DNA of 63,865 bases, filler included. It is 5 parts of 5 records of this genome, joined end to end, with 100 filler letters (N's around TTAATTAATTAA, not from the genome) between each part and the next. Parts side by side here need not be neighbours in the genome. Positions count along the whole stretch, not along the records: positions 58,606 to 63,865 come from SRR20825006_1132; 4 more parts are not named here. One strand, given 5' to 3'. Below are positions 60,659 to 63,865 of the stretch, piece by piece. The notes beneath the pieces were generated by a model. That model had not been told where the DNA came from. It worked only from the letters and a program-made list of their open reading frames with translations, and did no database searches. The position numbers were made by a program, and so were the translations under genes. Numbering within the stretch: the first letter of the stretch is position 1; each line of letters begins with the position of its first letter.

Positions 60659-61255
60659 ATGACATCGTTTTTGCCAGGGTTTTATCTGGGATTCTCGCTG
60701 ATCCTGGCGATTGGCGCGCAGAATGCCTTTGTCTTGCGGCAGGGCTTGATGCGGTCGCATGTGTTCTGGGTCTGCCTGACCTGTGCGCTGTCCGACGCGC
60801 TGTTGATCAGCGCGGGCGTGGCGGGCTTTGGCGCACTGGCCGAGGCGGTGCCATGGCTGGAAACCGTGATGCGCTGGTTTGGGGCGGCGTTCCTGCTGTG
60901 GTACGGCTGGCGCAACGCGGTCAGCGCGTGGCGGGGCGGTCAGGCGCTGGATGCGGCGGATGCACGGGGCGGATCGTTGCGCGCCACGCTGCTGGTGGTG
61001 CTGGCGCTGACGTGGCTGAACCCGCATGTCTATCTGGACACGCTGATGCTGCTGGGTGCGGTGTCGGCGCAATACCCGGACAAGCTGGCCTTTGGCGCGG
61101 GCGCCGTGACGGCCAGTTTCGTGTTCTTTTTCAGCTTGGGCTACGGCGCGCGGCGGCTGCGCCCGCTGTTTGCCAATCCGCGCAGTTGGCAGGTGCTGGA
61201 CGTGCTGATTGCGCTGACCATGTGGGCGATTGCGGTCAAGCTGATCTGGATGTGA
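60659..61255 (+). CDS. LysE/ArgO amino-acid exporter
   Basis: AIGAQNAFVLRQG and TWLNPHVYLDT. Confidence 0.93.
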   Translation: MTSFLPGFYLGFSLILAIGAQNAFVLRQGLMRSHVFWVCLTCALSDALLISAGVAGFGALAEAVPWLETVMRWFGAAFLLWYGWRNAVSAWRGGQALDAADARGGSLRATLLVVLALTWLNPHVYLDTLMLLGAVSAQYPDKLAFGAGAVTASFVFFFSLGYGARRLRPLFANPRSWQVLDVLIALTMWAIAVKLIWM

Positions 61256-61323
61256 CGCGCACCCGCACCGTTGCTAGGCAGACCGCCACATGGTAACCGG
61301 TCGGCGTACCGTGTGGTGACGAT

Positions 61324-61875
61324 ATGACCCGACCTTCAAAGCTTTACATCCTTGGCGCATCCTGTTCCGGCGTGTCAACGCTGGGTCAGGCGCTGTCGGC
61401 GCACCTTGGGGTGCCGCAACTGGATGTGGACAGCTTTTACTGGCTGCCGACCGACCCGCCCTATACCACCAAACGCGCGCCCGAAGACCGTGTGCAGATG
61501 ATCCGGGCCGAACAGGCGCGCACCGATGGCTGGATCTTGTCCGGTTCGTTCATCGGCTGGGGCGAGGCGCTGGTGGATGACGTTGACCTGGTCATATTTG
61601 TGCACACGCCCACGCCGTTGCGGATGCAGCGGCTGGACGCCCGCGAGGCGCAGCGCCACGGCGCACGTATTCTGCCCGGCGGCGACATGCACGCGGCGCA
61701 TCGGGCCTTTCGGGACTGGGCGTCACGCTATGACGATCCTGCGTTTTCAGGGCGCAATCGGGCGCAACATGATCAATGGCTTGGCACGCTGGACGTGCCT
61801 GTGCTGCGGCTGGACGGGGCGCAATCCACGGCGACGCTGCTGGATGCGGTTAGGGGCGAACTGGCCCGGGTCTAG
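61324..61875 (+). CDS. Adenylate-kinase-like P-loop protein
   Basis: GASCSGVST, DSFYW, WILSGS. Confidence 0.85.
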   Translation: MTRPSKLYILGASCSGVSTLGQALSAHLGVPQLDVDSFYWLPTDPPYTTKRAPEDRVQMIRAEQARTDGWILSGSFIGWGEALVDDVDLVIFVHTPTPLRMQRLDAREAQRHGARILPGGDMHAAHRAFRDWASRYDDPAFSGRNRAQHDQWLGTLDVPVLRLDGAQSTATLLDAVRGELARV

Positions 61876-61988
61876 GCTGCGGGCAGGTGCGAAAATAATA
61901 AGCGCACTCAACACCATGCACGGCTGTCTTGAAAATCCTTGCACGCGGTCTCTTGCACCTCTCCGCGCGCTTGCCCATTGATGGCCCC

Positions 61989-62894
61989 ATGATAAATGGA
62001 CAAGAACCGCGCCCGATGACGGGCATTTTGTGGATGCTTGTGACGGGGCTGTGTTTTGTTGCCGTCACCGCGCTGGTCAAGTGGATGGGGCCGGGGATGC
62101 CGCCCTCGCAGGCCGCGTTCCTGCGCTATGTGCTGGGCATTGTGTTCCTGATCCCGATGCTGAAGGACGTGCGCCAGGCCAACCTGACACCGCGCCAGTG
62201 GAAGCTGTTCACCCTGCGCGGGCTGCTGCATTCCGTGGGCGTGTCGTTGTGGTTCTACGCCATGACCCGCATTCCCATCGCCGAGCTGACGGCGATCAAC
62301 TATCTGGCGCCGGTCTTTGTCTCGATCGGGGCGGCGATCTTTCTGGGCGAACGGCTGGCGGCGCGGCGTATCTTTGCGGTGGTGGTGGCACTGGTGGGGA
62401 CCGCGATTATCCTGCGTCCCGGTTTCCGCGAGGTCGCGAACGGTCACATCGCCATGCTGGCCGCAGCGGCGGTGTTTTCCGGGTCCTACCTGTTGGCCAA
62501 GATCCTGTCGGACGAGGCAAAGCCGACGGTCGTTGTGTTCATGATGACGGTTTTCGTCAGCCTGGGACTTGCCCCGCTGGCGGCAATCGTCTGGGTCACC
62601 CCCACTTGGGAGCAGATCGGTATTCTGGCGCTGGTGGCGGTGTTTGCCCAAGCCGGACATTATACCATGACGCTGGCTTTTGCCGCGGCCCCGGTGACCG
62701 TGACGCAGCCGATCACCTTCCTGCAACTGGTCTGGGCCACGCTTCTGGGCATGTTGGTGTTCAGCGAGCCGGTAGACATCTACGTGGTACTGGGCGGGGT
62801 GCTGATCCTGGCCTCTGTCACCTTCATCACATGGCGCGAGGCGCAACTGAAACGCCGTCCGATCACGCCCACGATCAACGCCACAAAGGTCTGA
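61989..62894 (+). CDS. DMT/EamA transporter
   Basis: About 10 TM segments, FLGER and ILRPG motifs. Confidence 0.9.
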   Translation: MINGQEPRPMTGILWMLVTGLCFVAVTALVKWMGPGMPPSQAAFLRYVLGIVFLIPMLKDVRQANLTPRQWKLFTLRGLLHSVGVSLWFYAMTRIPIAELTAINYLAPVFVSIGAAIFLGERLAARRIFAVVVALVGTAIILRPGFREVANGHIAMLAAAAVFSGSYLLAKILSDEAKPTVVVFMMTVFVSLGLAPLAAIVWVTPTWEQIGILALVAVFAQAGHYTMTLAFAAAPVTVTQPITFLQLVWATLLGMLVFSEPVDIYVVLGGVLILASVTFITWREAQLKRRPITPTINATKV

Positions 62895-62897
62895 CGG

Positions 62898-62925
62898 TTT
62901 TTATTGATTGACTAGTCAGTAAAAA
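62898..62925. promoter_or_regulatory. BetI operator
   Basis: Dyad TTTTTATTGAT-TGACTA-GTCAGTAAAAA directly upstream of betI. Confidence 0.75.
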
Positions 62926-62966
62926 CCCCTGATCCTGTGCACCCATGGAATATGGGGGATATGGCC

Positions 62967-63539
62967 GTGCCCAAAGTGGGAATGGAACCGATCAGACGAT
63001 CCGCACTGGTGCAGGCCACCATCGCCGAGATTGGGGCCGCGGGATCGCTGGATGTGACCGTGGGCCAGATCGCGCGTCGTGCGGGCATGTCCACGGCACT
63101 GGCGCATCATTATTTCGGGGGCAAGGACCAGATTTTTCTGGCTGCCATGCGCCACATCCTGACCGAATACGCCACCGAAGTGCGCGCCGCTTTGGCCAAG
63201 GCCACCAGCCACGCCGACCGCGCCGCAGCCATCGTGCGCGGAAGCTTTGCCCAATCCTGCTTTGCCCCCGCCACCATCAGCGCGTGGATGACCTTTTACG
63301 GGCGCGCGGCGTCGCATCCTGAAACCTTGCGACTGCTGCATCTGTACCAGCGGCGGTTGCGCTCGAACCTGACCCATGCCCTGCGCGGGGTCAGCGCCGA
63401 TCCGGTGAACGATGCCGAAACCATGGCCGCCCTGATCGACGGTCTGTACCTGCGCGCCGCCCTGTCGGGGCACGACGATCACGACGCTTGCGATGCGGCA
63501 CTGCGCACGCTGAACACTTTGATCCAGAGGCAATCATGA
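62967..63539 (+). CDS. betI: Choline-responsive TetR-family repressor
   Basis: MPKVGMEPIRR, RRLRSNL, ALIDGLYLR. Confidence 0.93.
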   Translation: MPKVGMEPIRRSALVQATIAEIGAAGSLDVTVGQIARRAGMSTALAHHYFGGKDQIFLAAMRHILTEYATEVRAALAKATSHADRAAAIVRGSFAQSCFAPATISAWMTFYGRAASHPETLRLLHLYQRRLRSNLTHALRGVSADPVNDAETMAALIDGLYLRAALSGHDDHDACDAALRTLNTLIQRQS

Positions 63540-63865
63540 CTGACGTTCCGGCCAAACAACCCAACATCCTGATCTTCATGGTCGACCAGCTGAACGGCAC
63601 GCTGTTCCCTGACGGCCCTGCCGACTGGCTGCACGCGCCCAACATCAAGAAGCTGGCCGCCCGCAGCACGCGGTTTCGCAACGCCTATACCGCCTCGCCA
63701 CTGTGCGCGCCGGGCCGGGCGGCGTTCATGTCGGGGCAATTGCCCAGTGCCACGGGCGTCTATGACAATGCGGCCGAGTTTGCCTCGTCCATTCCCACCT
63801 ATGCGCACCACCTGCGCCGCGCGGGCTATCACACGTGCCTGTCGGGCAAGATGCATTTTGTCGGC
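63536..63865 (+). CDS. betC: Choline-sulfatase, 5' fragment
   Basis: PNILIFMVDQL, SPLCAPGR formylglycine motif, SGKMHFVG; ATGA overlap with betI. Confidence 0.92.
   Translation, partial: MTDVPAKQPNILIFMVDQLNGTLFPDGPADWLHAPNIKKLAARSTRFRNAYTASPLCAPGRAAFMSGQLPSATGVYDNAAEFASSIPTYAHHLRRAGYHTCLSGKMHFVG

Noticed and set aside
50142-63865. choXWV and betI-betC as one choline locus
   Set aside because: They are on different contigs separated by two artificial spacers and probably come from different organisms.
1-63865. CRISPR arrays, rRNA, transposases or prophage genes
   Set aside because: I saw no repeat-spacer periodicity or diagnostic protein motifs in any contig.

Overview
This window is not one locus. 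It is five unrelated contigs joined by artificial 100-nt N/TTAATTAATTAA spacers, so adjacency across spacers has no biological meaning. Lineages below are inferred from composition and gene content. (1) 1-15760, GC-rich, Myxococcota/Bradymonadales-like: PfkB kinase, 5'-nucleotidase, EEP hydrolase, several lipoproteins, and a MacB/FtsX-type ABC transporter carrying a cysteine-rich insert. (2) 15861-36726, Flavobacteriaceae-like: truA, ABC exporter, dacA, BlaI/M56 pair, apt, a TPP-riboswitch thiM-thiE-thiD-tenA operon, GH2, GH28 and a tRNA fragment. (3) 36827-53007, Rhizobiales-like: ahcY start with a SahR-like operator, an osmF/yehYXW transporter, a split class III ribonucleotide reductase with tandem NrdR boxes, a six-gene surface-glycan module and choXWV. 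(4) 53108-58505, Devosia-like: tRNA-Val fragment, HU, TetA-like pump, nnr, two PilZ paralogs and the glnA end. (5) 58606-63865, Rhodobacteraceae-like: SLC13 permease, yebC, LysE, DMT and betI-betC. The main leads are four: an NrdD whose glycyl-radical loop is a separate 68-aa gene while the large subunit ends in CxxC; a TetA-like pump with a SoxR-type promoter and no adjacent tetR; the BcbE/GDPD/HAD/cupin/WavE module; and the cysteine-rich ABC permease. All calls come from reading motifs by eye; no searches were run.
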